From NCBI GenBank assembly GCA_965240325.2, contig OZ251224.1:2790001-2854000 (forward strand): DNA of 64,000 nt, read 5' to 3'. The notes beneath the pieces are model-generated. The model searched no databases, was not told the origin of the DNA, and saw only the letters and a list, made by a program, of their open reading frames with translations. The DNA is from Rebecca billardiae RCC1528. Taxonomy: Eukaryota; Protista; Haptophyta. This document shows, piece by piece, positions 12,601 through 24,600 of this stretch (position 1 is its first letter; each line of letters starts with the position of its first letter). The position numbers and the translations under genes are program-made.

Positions 12601-15600
12601 AGCGCGCCGCCCTCGAGCCACACGCCCACCGCGTACCAGCCCGCGCCGAGGGCGCGCAGCGGCGAGCGCCGCGGTGCGCCGCCCGCCGACGCCGTCGCCT
12701 CCTCGCCGCCGCCGCCGCCCGGCAGCTCGCAGCTGAGCGTCTCGTCGTCCCTGATTGTGGCGTTGAGGATAAGTTCGGCGCCGTGTGCGGCGCTGGCGAG
12801 CGCACTCGGCACCTCCGAGGCGGCGTGCAGCGTGCACAGCGCGCCGCCGCCCAGATCGGCAGCGAGGGTGAACCCGCGGCCGCGCACGGTGAGGAAAGTC
12901 ACGCCGCCGCCTTCGGCTGCGCCGCCGCTCGAGCTCAGCTCGCGCAGGCGCGCCGACGCGGGCGGCGGCGGCGGTGGCGGCAGTGCCACAGCCGTTGGCG
13001 AGATGTCGACGATGAGAGCGCGCAGCAGCGGCGGCGGCGGCGGCGGGGAGGAGGGCGGAGGCGGCAGCGGGCGCGGTGGCGGCGACGGCGGCGGTGGCGG
13101 TGGCGCCGACGATGGCAGCGGCGGCGGGAACGGCTCCGTGCGCGGCGGCGGCGGCAGCCGCGGCGGCGGCGAGGGCGGCGGCGGCGCGCTCGGCGGCGCG
13201 CGCGGCGGTGGATGCGGCGGCGCGCTTGGCGGCGCGCTCGGCGGAGGCGACGGTGGCGGCGGCGGCGATGACGGCGGCGGCGGCGTGGGCGGCGGCGAGG
13301 GCGGCGAGGGCGGCGGGAACGGCTCTGTGCGCGGAGGCGGCGGCGGCAACGGTGGCGGCAGCGGTGGCGGCGGTAGCACAGAGGGCGGCGGGGGTGATGG
13401 CGGGGGCGGCGGTGACGGCGGCGGCGCCGATGGCGGCGCGCTGGGTGGTGGTGGGCGCGGTGGCGGCGGCGGTGGCGGTGGTGGTGACGGCGGCGACGGC
13501 GGCGGGAACGGCTCCGTGCGCGGCGGCGGTGGCAGCCGCGGCGGCGGCGAGGGCGGCGGCGGCGCGCTCGGCGGCGCGCGCGGCGGTGGATGCGGCGGCG
13601 CGCTTGGCGGCGCGCTCGGCGGAGGCGACGGTGGCGGCGGCGGCGATGACGGCGGCGGCGGCGTGGGCGGCGGCGAGGGCGGCGAGGGCGGCGGGAACGG
13701 CTCTGTGCGCGGAGGCGGCGGCGGCGGTGGCGGCTGCGAGGGCGGCGGCGGCGGTGGCGCGGGCTTCAGTGGTTGGATGCTCGACGGCGATGGTGGCGGC
13801 GATGACGGCGGCAGCGGTGGTGGGCTGGGCGGCGGTGACGGCAGTGGACTCGGTGGCGGCGATGGGGGCGGGCTCGGCGGCGGGCTCGGCGGCGGGCTCG
13901 GTGGCGGCGATGGCGGCGGGCTGGGTGGTGGCGACGGTGGCGGGCTTGGCGGTGGGCTCGGCGGCGGGCTGGGCGGCGGCGATGGGGGCGGGCTCGGCGG
14001 CGGCGACGGCGGCGGGCTCGGCGGCGGGCTCGGTGGCGGCGATGGCGGCGGGCTGGGTGGTGGCGACGGTGGCGGGCTCGGTGGCGGTGATGGCGGCGGG
14101 CTGGGTGGTGGCGACGGGGGCGGGCTCGGCGGCGGCGATGGCGGCGGGCTCGGTGGCGGTGACGGCGGCGGGCTGGGCGGCGGCGACGGTGGCGGGGTCG
14201 GCGGCGGCGATGGCGGAGGGCTTGGCGGTGGGCTCGGCGGTGGTGAAGGTGGTGGGCTAGGCGGTGGTGATGGCGGCGGGCTCGGGGGCGGCGACGGCGG
14301 CGGGCTGGGCGGCGGGCTGGGTGGTGGCGACGGTGGCGGGCTTGGCGGCGGGCTTGGCGGTGGCGACGGCGGCGGGCTGGGTGGCGGCGATGGGGGCGGG
14401 CTCGGCGGCGGCGATGGGGGCGGGCTCGGCGGTGGGCTCGGTGGCGGTGACGGCGGCGGGCTCGGCGGCGGGCTCGGCGGCGGCGAGGGCGGCGGGCTTG
14501 GCGGCGGGCTCGGCGGTGGCGATGGGGGCGGGCTTGGCGGTGGGCTCGGCGGCGGTGACGGCGGTGGCGAAGGCGGCGGGCTTGGCGGCGGGCTTGGCGG
14601 CGGGCTCGGGGGCGGCGACGGCGGCGGGCTGGGCGGCGGCGATGGAGGCGGGCTCGGCGGTGGCGATGGTGGCGGGCTTGGCGGTGGGCTCGGCGGCGGT
14701 GATGGCGGCGGGCTTGGCGGCGGGCTTGGCGGCGGGCTTGGCGGTGGCGACGGCGGCGGGCTGGGTGGCGGCGATGGGGGCGGGCTCGGCGGCGGCGATG
14801 GGGGCGGGCTCGGCGGTGGGCTCGGTGGCGGTGACGGCGGCGGGCTCGGCGGCGGCGATGGGGGCGGGCGTGGCGGCGGGCTCGGCGGCGGTGACGGCGG
14901 TGGCGAAGGCGGCGGGCTTGGCGGCGGGCTTGGCGGCGGACTGGGTGGCGGTGACGGCGGCGGGCTGGGTGGAGGCGACGGTGGCGGGCTGGGTGGCGGG
15001 CTCGGCGGCGGCGATGGGGGTGGGCTCGGCGGTGGGCTCGGTGGCGGTGACGGCGGTGGGCTCGGTGGCGGGCTCGGCGGCGGCGATGGGGGCGGGCTCG
15101 GCGGCGGGCTCGGTGGCGGTGACGGTGGCGGGCTCGGTGGCGGTGATGGCGGCGGGCTGGGTGGTGGCGACGGTGGCGGGCTCGGTGGCGGTGATGGCGG
15201 CGGGCTGGGTGGTGGGCTCGGTGGCGGGCTCGGCGGCGGCGACGGTGGCGGGCTTGGCGGCGGGCTCGGCGGCGGCGATGGCGGCGGGCTCGGCGGTGGG
15301 CTCGGCGGCGGCGATGGGGGCGGGCTTGGCGGTGGGCTCGGCGGCGGTGACGGCGGTGGCGAAGGCGGCGGGCTTGGCGGCGGGCTTGGCGGCGGACTGG
15401 GTGGCGGTGACGGCGGCGGGCTGGGTGGCGGCGACGGTGGCGGGCTGGGTGGCGGGCTCGGCGGCGGCGATGGGGGTGGGCTCGGCGGTGGGATCGGTGG
15501 CGGTGACGGCGGTGGGCTCGGTGGCGGGCTCGGCGGCGGCGATGGGGGCGGGCTCGGCGGCGGGCTCGGTGGCGGTGACGGTGGCGGGCTCGGTGGCGGT

Positions 15601-18600
15601 GATGGCGGCGGGCTGGGTGGTGGCGACGGTGGCGGGCTCGGTGGCGGTGATGGCGGCGGGCTGGGTGGTGGGCTCGGTGGCGGGCTCGGCGGCGGCGACG
15701 GTGGCGGGCTTGGCGGCGGGCTTGGCGGCGGCGATGGCGGCGGGCTCGGCGGTGGGCTCGGCGGCGGCGATGGGGGCGGGCTTGGCGGTGGGCTCGGCGG
15801 CGGTGACGGCGGTGGCGAAGGCGGCGGGCTTGGCGGCGGACTGGGTGGCGGTGACGGCGGCGGGCTGGGTGGCGGCGACGGTGGCGGGCTGGGTGGCGGG
15901 CTCGGCGGCGGCGATGGGGGTGGGCTCGGCGGTGGGCTCGGTGGCGGTGACGGCGGTGGGCTCGGTGGCGGGCTCGGCGGCGGCGATGGGGGCGGGCTCG
16001 GCGGCGGGCTCGGTGGCGGTGACGGTGGCGGCGATGGGGGAGGTGATGGCGGCGGGCTGGGTGGTGGCGACGGTGGCGGGCTCGGCGGCGGCGACGGTGG
16101 CGGGCTTGGCGGCGGGCTCGGCGGCGGCGATGGGGGTGGGCTCGGCGGTGGGCTCGGTGGCGGAGACGGCGGTGGGCTCGGCGGCGGGCTCGGCGGCGGC
16201 GATGGGGGCGGGCTCGGCGGCGGGCTCGGTGGCGGTGACGGTGGCGGGCTCGGTGGCGGTGATGGCGGCGGGCTGGGTGGTGGCGACGGTGGCGGGCTCG
16301 GCGGCGGCGAGGGCGGCGGGCTTGGCGGCGGGCTCGGCGGCGGCGATGGGGGTGGGCTCGGCGGTGGGCTCGGTGGCGGTGACGGCGGTGGGCTCGGTGG
16401 CGGGCTCGGCGGCGGCGATGGGGGCGGGCTCGGCGGCGGGCTCGGTGGCGGTGACGGTGGCGGGCTCGGTGGCGGTGATGGCGGCGGGCTGGGTGGTGGC
16501 GACGGTGGCGGGCTCGGCGGCGGCGAGGGCGGCGGGCTTGGCGGCGGGCTCGGCGGCGGCGATGGGGGTGGGCTCGGCGGTGGGCTCGGTGGCGGTGACG
16601 GCGGTGGGCTCGGTGGCGGGCTCGGCGGCGGCGATGGGGGCGGGCTCGGCGGCGGGCTCGGTGGCGGTGACGGTGGCGGGCTCGGTGGCGGTGATGGCGG
16701 CGGGCTGGGTGGTGGCGACGGTGGCGGGCTCGGCGGCGGCGAGGGCGGCGGGCTTGGCGGCGGGCTCGGCGGCGGCGATGGGGGTGGGCTCGGCGGTGGG
16801 CTCGGTGGCGGTGACGGCGGTGGGCTCGGTGGCGGGCTCGGCGGCGGCGATGGGGGCGGGCTCGGCGGCGGGCTCGGTGGCGGTGACGGTGGCGGGCTCG
16901 GTGGCGGTGATGGCGGCGGGCTGGGTGGTGGCGACGGTGGCGGGCTCGGCGGCGGCGATGGCGGCGGGCTCGGTGGCGGTGACGGCGGCGGGCTGGGCGG
17001 CGGCGACGGTGGCGGGCTCGGCGGCGGCGATGGCGGAGGGCTTGGCGGCGGGCTCGGCGGCGGCGATGGCGGCGGGCTTGGCGGCGGGCTTGGCGGTGGG
17101 CTCGGCGGCGGGCTCGGCGGCGGCGATGGGGGCGGGCTCGGCGGCGGGCTCGGTGGCGGTGACGGTGGCGGGCTCGGTGGCGGTGATGGCGGCGGGCTGG
17201 GTGGTGGCGACGGTGGCGGGCTCGGTGGCGGTGACGGCGGCGGGCTGGGCGGCGGCGACGGTGGCGGGCTCGGCGGCGGCGATGGCGGAGGGCTTGGTGG
17301 CGGGCTCGGTGGCGGCGATGGCGGCGGGCTTGGCGGCGGGCTTGGCGGTGGGCTCGGCGGCGGGCTCGGCGGCGGCGATGGGGGCGGCGACGGCGGTGGG
17401 CTCGGTGGTGGTAACGGTGGCGGGCTCGGTGGCGGTGATGGCGGCGGGCTGGGTGGTGGCGACGGTGGTGGGCTGGGCGGCGGCGATGGCGGCGGGCTCG
17501 GTGGCGGTGACGGCGGTGGGCTCGGCGGCGGCGATGGCGGCGGCGATGGGGGCGGGCTCGGCGGAGGGCTTGGTGGCGGCGACGGTGGCGGGCTCGGTGG
17601 CGGTGATGGCGGCGGGCTGGGTGGTGGTGACGGTGGCGGGCTGGGCGGCGGGCTTGGCGGCGGGCTCGGAGGCGGCGACGGCGGCGGGCTGGGCGGCGGC
17701 GACGGTGGCGGGCTCGGTGGCGGCGATGGCGGAGGGCTTGGCGGTGGGCTCGGCGGCGGTGACGGTGGTGGGCTCGGTGGCGGTGATGGCGGTGGGCTTG
17801 GCGGCGGCGATGGCGGAGGGCTTGGCGGTGGGCTCGGCGGCGGTGACGGTGGTGGGCTCGGTGGCGGTGATGGCGGTGGGCTTGGCGGCGGCGATGGCGG
17901 CGGGCTTGGCGGCGGGCTTGGTGGTGGGCTCGGCGGCGGGCTTGGCGGCGGCGATGGGGGTGGTGACGGCGGCGGGCTCGGTGGCGGTGACGGCGGCGGG
18001 CTCGGCGGCGGCGATGGTGGCGGGCTGGGCGGTGGTGATGGTGGCGGGCTCGGCGGTGGGCTCGGCGGCGGGCTTGGCGGCGGCGATGGGGGCGGTGACG
18101 GCGGCGGGCTAGGTGGCGGCGATGGCGGCGGGCTTGGCGGTGGGCTCGGCGGCGGGCTCGGCGGTGGTGATGGCGGCGGGCTCGGCGGCGGCGATGGGGG
18201 CGGGCTCGGCGGCGGGCTCGGCGGCGGTGATGGCGGCGGGCTCGGTGGCGGCGATGGCGGCGGGCTGGGTGGTGGCGACGGTGGTGGGCTCGGCGGTGGG
18301 CTCGGCGGCGGCGATGGCGGCGGGCTGGGTGGTGGCGACGGTGGCGGGCTCGGCGGTGGGCTCGGCGGCGGTGATGGAGGCGGGCTGGGCGGCGGCGATG
18401 GGGGCGGGCTAGGCGGCGGGCTTGGCGGCGGTGACGGCGGTGGGCTGGGCGGTAGGCTTGGTGGTGGTGACGGCGGCGGGCTGGGCGGCGGTGATGGGGG
18501 CGGGCTAGGCGGTGGGCTTGGCGGCGGTGACGGCGGCGGGCTTGGTGGCGGCGACGGCGGCGGGCTGGGTGGGGGCGACGGCGGCGGGCTCGGCGGCGGG

Positions 18601-21600
18601 CTTGGCGGCGGACTCGGTGGCGGCGACGGCGGTGGGCCGGGGGGCGGCGACGGTGGCGGGCTCGGTGGCGGCGACGGCGGCGGGCTGGGCGGCGGGCTTG
18701 GCGGTGGGCTCGGTGGCGGCGACGGTGGTGGGCCCGGCGGTGGTGACGGCGGCGGGCTCGGCGGCGGGTTCGGCGGCGGCGACGGTGGCGGGCTCGGCGG
18801 CGGTGACGGCGGTGGGCTCGGCGGCGGCGATGGTGGCGGGCTTGGTGGTGGCCTTGGTGGCGGTGACGGCGGCGGGTTCGGGGGCGGCGACGGGGGCGGG
18901 CTTGGCGGTGGGCTGGGCGGCGGTGACGGCGGTGGGCTTGGCGGCGGGCTTGGTGGCGGTGATGGTGGCGGGCTGGGTGGCGGCGATGGCGGCGGGCTTG
19001 GCGGTGGGCGTGGTGGCGGGCTCGGTGGCGGCGATGGCGGTGGGCTCGGTGGCGGCGACGGCGGTGGAGATGGAGGTGGGCTCGGTGGCGGCCTCGGAGG
19101 TGGGCTTGGCGGCGGTGACGGTGGAGGGCTCGGTGGTGGGCTTGGCGGCGGGCTCGGCGGCGGACTTGGCGGCGGGCCTGGTGGTGGAGAGGGCGGAGGG
19201 CTCGGCGGCGGTGACGGCGGAGGCGACGGAGGAGGTGATGGCGGCGGCGATGGCGGGGGTGGCGATGGCGGAGGGCTCGGCGGCGGCGACGGCGGGGGGG
19301 AAGGCGGCGGGCTCGGAGGTGGTGGGCTTGGCGGTGGGCTCGGTGGCGGGGATGGTGGTGGCGACGGCGGTGGCGAGGGTGGCGGCGATGGCGGTGGTGA
19401 CGGCGGTGGGCTTGGTGGAGGGCTTGGCGGTGGCGACGGTGGAGGGCTCGGCGGAGGGCTTGGGGGAGGGCTTGGTGGCGGCGGCGAGGGCGGTGGACTC
19501 GGCGGCGGGCTGGGCGGCGGTGAAGGCGGCGGGCTTGGCGGTGGCGAGGGCGGCGGGCTCGGTGGCGGGCTTGGTGGCGGGCTGGGCGGTGGGGGAGAAG
19601 GCGGTGGCGAGGGCGGCGGGCTTGGCGGTGGCGAGGGCGGCGGGCTCGGTGGCGGGCTCGGTGGCGGGCTCGGCGGTGGGCTCGGCGGCGGGCTTGGCGG
19701 TGGCGGAGATGGTGGTGGGCTTGGTGGTGGGCTCGGCGGTGGGCTCGGTGGCGGGCTCGGCGGTGGGCTCGGGGGCGGGCTCGGCGGTGGCGACGGCGGT
19801 GGGCTTGGCGGTGGGCTAGGTGGCGGTGACGGCGGAGGCGAGGGCGGCGGAGATGGCGGCGGTGGGCTTGGTGGCGGCGAGGGCGGTGGGCTCGGTGGCG
19901 GCGAGGGCGGTGGCAATGGCGGTGGGCTCGGTGGCGGGCTCGGTGGAGGCGATGGCGGTGGCGATGGTGGCGGCGGGCTCGGCGGGGGCGAGGGTGGTGG
20001 CGACGGCGGTGGGCTCGGCGGCGGGCTCGGTGGCGGCGAAGGTGGTGGGCTCGGTGGCGGCGATGGCGGCGGGCTCGGCGGTGGGCTCGGCGGCGGGGAT
20101 GGCGGCGGGCTCGGTGGCGGGCTTGGTGGCGGCGGGGATGGCGGTGGGCTTGGCGGCGGCGATGGCGGCGGGGATGGCGGTGGGCTCGGCGGAGGACTTG
20201 GGGGGGGCGAGGGTGGTGGTGAGGGCGGCGGAGACGGCGGTGGCGGGCTCGGTGGCGGGCTCGGCGGCGGGCTCGGTGGCGGCGATGGCGGCGGCGATGG
20301 CGGCGGGCTCGGCGGTGGGCTCGGCGGTGGCGAGGGCGGCGGCGATGGCGGTGGGCTCGGCGGCGGGCTCGGAGGTGGCGACGGCGGCGGCGATGGAGGC
20401 GGCGGGCTCGGCGGCGGGCTTGGCGGAGGCGAGGGCGGCGGGCTCGGCGGCGGGCTTGGCGGGGGCGAGGGCGGTGGGCTCGGTGGGGGCGAAGGTGGCG
20501 GGCTCGGCGGCGGGCTCGGCGGCGGGCTCGGCGGCGGGCTCGGCGGCGGCGACGGTGGCGGCGGGGACGGCGGCGGGCTCGGCGGAGGGCTTGGTGGTGG
20601 CGACGGTGGGGGACTTGGTGGTGGCGATGGCGGAGGGCTCGGCGGAGGGCTTGGTGGCGGCGATGGCGGTGGGCTTGGTGGAGGCGAGGGCGGAGGCGAG
20701 GGCGGCGGGGAGGGCGGTGGTGGGCTCGGCGGCGGCGAGGGAGGCGGGCTCGGTGGTGGCGACGGTGGTGGCGACGGCGGCGGGCTCGGTGGCGGGCGTG
20801 GCGGCGGGCTCGGAGGGGGCGATGGCGGCGGCGGGCTCGGTGGTGGGCTGGGCGGTGGCGATGGCGGTGGGCTTGGCGGCGGGCTTGGTGGCGGCGAGGG
20901 TGGCGGGCTCGGCGGCGGCGATGGTGGCGGGCTGGGCGGCGGGCTGGGCGGCGGACTGGGCGGCGGGCTGGGCGGTGGGCTGGGTGGTGGTGGGGATGGC
21001 GGCGGGCTGGGCGGCGGCGACGGTGGAGGCGAGGGCGGCGGGGACGGCGGCGGCGGGCTGGGTGGTGGACTCGGCGGCGGGCTCGGTGGTGGCGACGGTG
21101 GGGGCGATGGTGGCGGGCTCGGCGGCGGGCTTGGGGGTGGCGACGGCGGCGGCGATGGTGGCGGGCTCGGCGGCGGGCTCGGTGGCGGCGATGGTGGTGG
21201 CGACGGTGGCGGGCTGGGCGGCGGGCTCGGTGGCGGCGACGGCGGGGGCGATGGCGGCGGCGGGCTCGGTGGTGGGCTGGGCGGTGGCGATGGCGGTGGG
21301 CTTGGCGGCGGGCTTGGTGGCGGCGAGGGTGGCGGGCTCGGCGGCGGCGATGGTGGCGGGCTGGGCGGCGGGCTGGGCGGCGGGCTGGGCGGCGGGCTGG
21401 GCGGTGGGCTGGGTGGTGGTGGGGATGGCGGCGGGCTGGGCGGCGGCGACGGTGGAGGCGAGGGCGGCGGGGACGGCGGCGGCGGGCTGGGTGGTGGACT
21501 CGGCGGCGGGCTCGGTGGTGGCGACGGTGGGGGCGATGGTGGCGGGCTCGGCGGCGGGCTTGGGGGTGGCAACGGCGGCGGCGACGGTGGCGGGCTCGGC

Positions 21601-24600
21601 GGCGGGCTCGGTGGCGGCGATGGTGGTGGTGACGGTGGCGGGCTGGGCGGTGGGCTCGGTGGCGGCGACGGCGGGGGCGATGGCGGCGGCGGGCTCGGCG
21701 GTGGGCTGGGGGGTGGCGACGGCGGTGGGCTCGGCGGCGGGCTTGGCGGCGGCGAAGGTGGTGGGCTTGGCGGCGGCGATGGTGGCGGGCTCGGCGGTGG
21801 GCTGGGCGGCGGACTGGGCGGCGGGCTGGGCGGTGGGCTCGGTGGTGGTGGACTCGGCGGCGGGCTGGGCGGTGGCGACGGCGGAGGCGATGGCGGTGGG
21901 CTTGGGGGCGGCGATGGCGGGGGGCTCGGAGGAGGGCTCGGTGGTGGCGACGGCGGCGGGCTCGGCGGGGGCGAGGGTGGCGGTGAGGGCGGCGGAGATG
22001 GCGGCGGGCTCGGCGGGGGCGATGGTGGCGGCGATGGTGGCGGAGAGGGCGGTGGTGGGCTCGGCGGCGGCGAGGGCGGCGGACTCGGCGGCGGCGATGG
22101 CGGCGGCGATGGCGGCGGGCTCGGCGGTGGGCTCGGCGGTGGCGAGGGCGGCGGCGAGGGCGGCGGGCTGGGCGGCGGGCTCGGCGGTGGCGACGGCGGC
22201 GGCGATGGAGGCGGCGGGCTCGGCGGTGGGCTCGGTGGAGGCGAGGGCGGCGGGCTCGGCGGCGGGCTTGGCGGAGGCGAGGGTGGTGGGCTCGGTGGTG
22301 GCGACGGCGGCGGGCTCGGCGGCGGGCTCGGCGGCGGGCTCGGTGGCGGCGATGGCGGTGGGCTTGGTGGGGGCGAGGGTGGCGGCGAGGGCGGTGGAGA
22401 GGGCGGTGGTGGGCTTGGCGGAGGCGAGGGCGGCGGACTCGGCGGCGGCGATGGCGGCGGCGATGGCGGCGGGCTCGGCGGTGGGCCAGGCGGTGGCGAG
22501 GGCGGCGGCGAGGGCGGCGGGCTCGGCGGCGGGCTCGGTGGCGGTGATGGCGGCGGTGATGGTGGTGGCGGGCTCGGCGGTGGGCTTGGTGGCGGCGAAG
22601 GTGGTGGGCTTGGCGGCGGCGATGGTGGCGGGCTCGGCGGTGGGCTGGGCGGCGGGCTGGGCGGCGGGCTGGGCGGCGGGCTCGGTGGTGGGCGCGGCGG
22701 CGGGCTCGGTGGCGGGCTTGGTGGTGGCGGGGATGGCGGTGGGCTCGGGGGCGGCGACGGCGGTGGCGACGGGGGTGGGCTTGGCGGCGGGCTCGGCGGA
22801 GGGCTCGGCGGTGGCGAGGGCGGCGGCGATGGCGGCAGGCTCGGCGGCGGGCTCGGTGGCGGTGATGGCGGGGGTGATGGCGGCGGCGGGCTCGGTGGAG
22901 GGCTTGGCGGCGGGCTCGGTGGCGGTGACGGCGGCGGGTACGGCGGTGGGCTTGGTGGTGGGCTCGGTGGCGGCGAGGGCGGCGGCGACGGCGGTGGGCT
23001 CGGCGGCGGGCTGGGAGGTGGCGAAGGCGGCGGCGATGGCGGCGGCGGGCTGGGCGGTGGGCTAGGCGGTGGCGAGGGCGGCGGGCTCGGCGGCGGGCTC
23101 GGCGGCGGGCTTGGCGGTGGGCTCGGCGGCGGTGACGGCGGCGGGCTCGGCGGCGGCGGGGATGGCGGCGGGCTCGGCGGCGGGGACGGCGGCGGCGACG
23201 GCGGTGGGCTCGGGGGCGGCGATGGCGGAGGACTCGGAGGAGGGCTCGGTGGTGGCGATGGGGGAGGGCTGGGAGGCGGGGATGGTGGTGGGCTCGGAGG
23301 TGGGCTCGGGGGCGGCGGGCTCGGCGGCGGGCTTGGTGGCGGGCTCGGGGGCGGCGAGGGCGGCGGGCTTGGCGGCGGGCTCGGCGGCGGGCTCGGCGGC
23401 GGGCTCGGCGGCGGTGACGGCGGCGGGCTCGGCGGCGGCGGGGATGGCGGCGGGCTCGGCGGCGGGGACGGCGGCGGCGACGGCGGTGGGCTCGGGGGCG
23501 GCGATGGCGGAGGACTCGGAGGAGGGCTCGGTGGTGGCGATGGGGGAGGGCTGGGAGGCGGGGATGGTGGTGGGCTCGGAGGTGGGCTCGGAGGCGGCGG
23601 GCTCGGCGGCGGGCTTGGTGGCGGGCTGGGCGGCGGCGATGGCGGTGGAGAGGGAGGCGGGCTCGGCGGCGGGCTTGGCGGCGGGCTCGGCGGCGGGCTC
23701 GGGGGAGGCGGGCTGGGCGGCGGGCTGGGCGGTGGGCTGGGCGGCGGTGACGGCGGTGGGCTCGGCGGCGGCGGGCTCGGCGGCGGGCTCGGCGGAGGCG
23801 ATGGTGGCGGAGACGGTGGTGGCGAGGGCGGCGGCGATGGTGGCGGCGAGGGCGGCGGGCTTGGAGGCGGCGGGCTCGGTGGCGGCGATGGCGGTGGCGA
23901 TGGTGGCGGGCTTGGCGGCGGGCTCGGAGGTGGGCTTGGCGGAGGCGAGGGCGGCGGGCTCGGCGGCGGGCTCGGCGGCGGGCTCGGCGGTGGTGACGGG
24001 GGCGGCGATGGAGGCGGGCGTGGTGGGGGCGCTGATGGCGGCGGCGATGGTGGCGGGCTTGGTGGCGGGCTTGGTGGTGGCGAGGGCGGCGGGCTGGGCG
24101 GTGGCGACGGCGGTGGGCTGGGCGGCGGCGATGGTGGTGGCGAGGGCGGCGGCGAGGGAGGCGGGCTCGGTGGCGGAGGGCTCGGGGGCGGCGAGGGCGG
24201 CGGGCCTGGCGGCGGCGAGGGCGGTGGGCTCGGCGGCGGCGAGGGCGGCGGGCCTGGCGGCGGCGAGGGCGGTGGGCTCGGCGGCGGCGAAGGCGGCGGG
24301 CCTGGCGGCGGCGAGGGCGGAGGGCTCGGCGGCGGCGAGGGCGGCGGCGAGGGCGGTGGAAGAGGTGTGGGCGGCGTCAGCCCGACAGAGGGAAGGCTAT
24401 CCCCCATCGTCGCAGCGTTCGAGCCGCGCTGCACGGAGTCACCCGTGCCCAGCTGCCCGTTGGCCGGGTCGCCAAAGCTGCGCAGCGCGCGCGCGCCGCG
24501 CGGCCACGTGCATGCGAAGGTCAGGAATGTGCTCGCAGGCGCAGGTGGCGCGCTTGCACGTGGTGCGCGAGCCAAGCAGTGCGCGCCTGGCGCATGCCCC

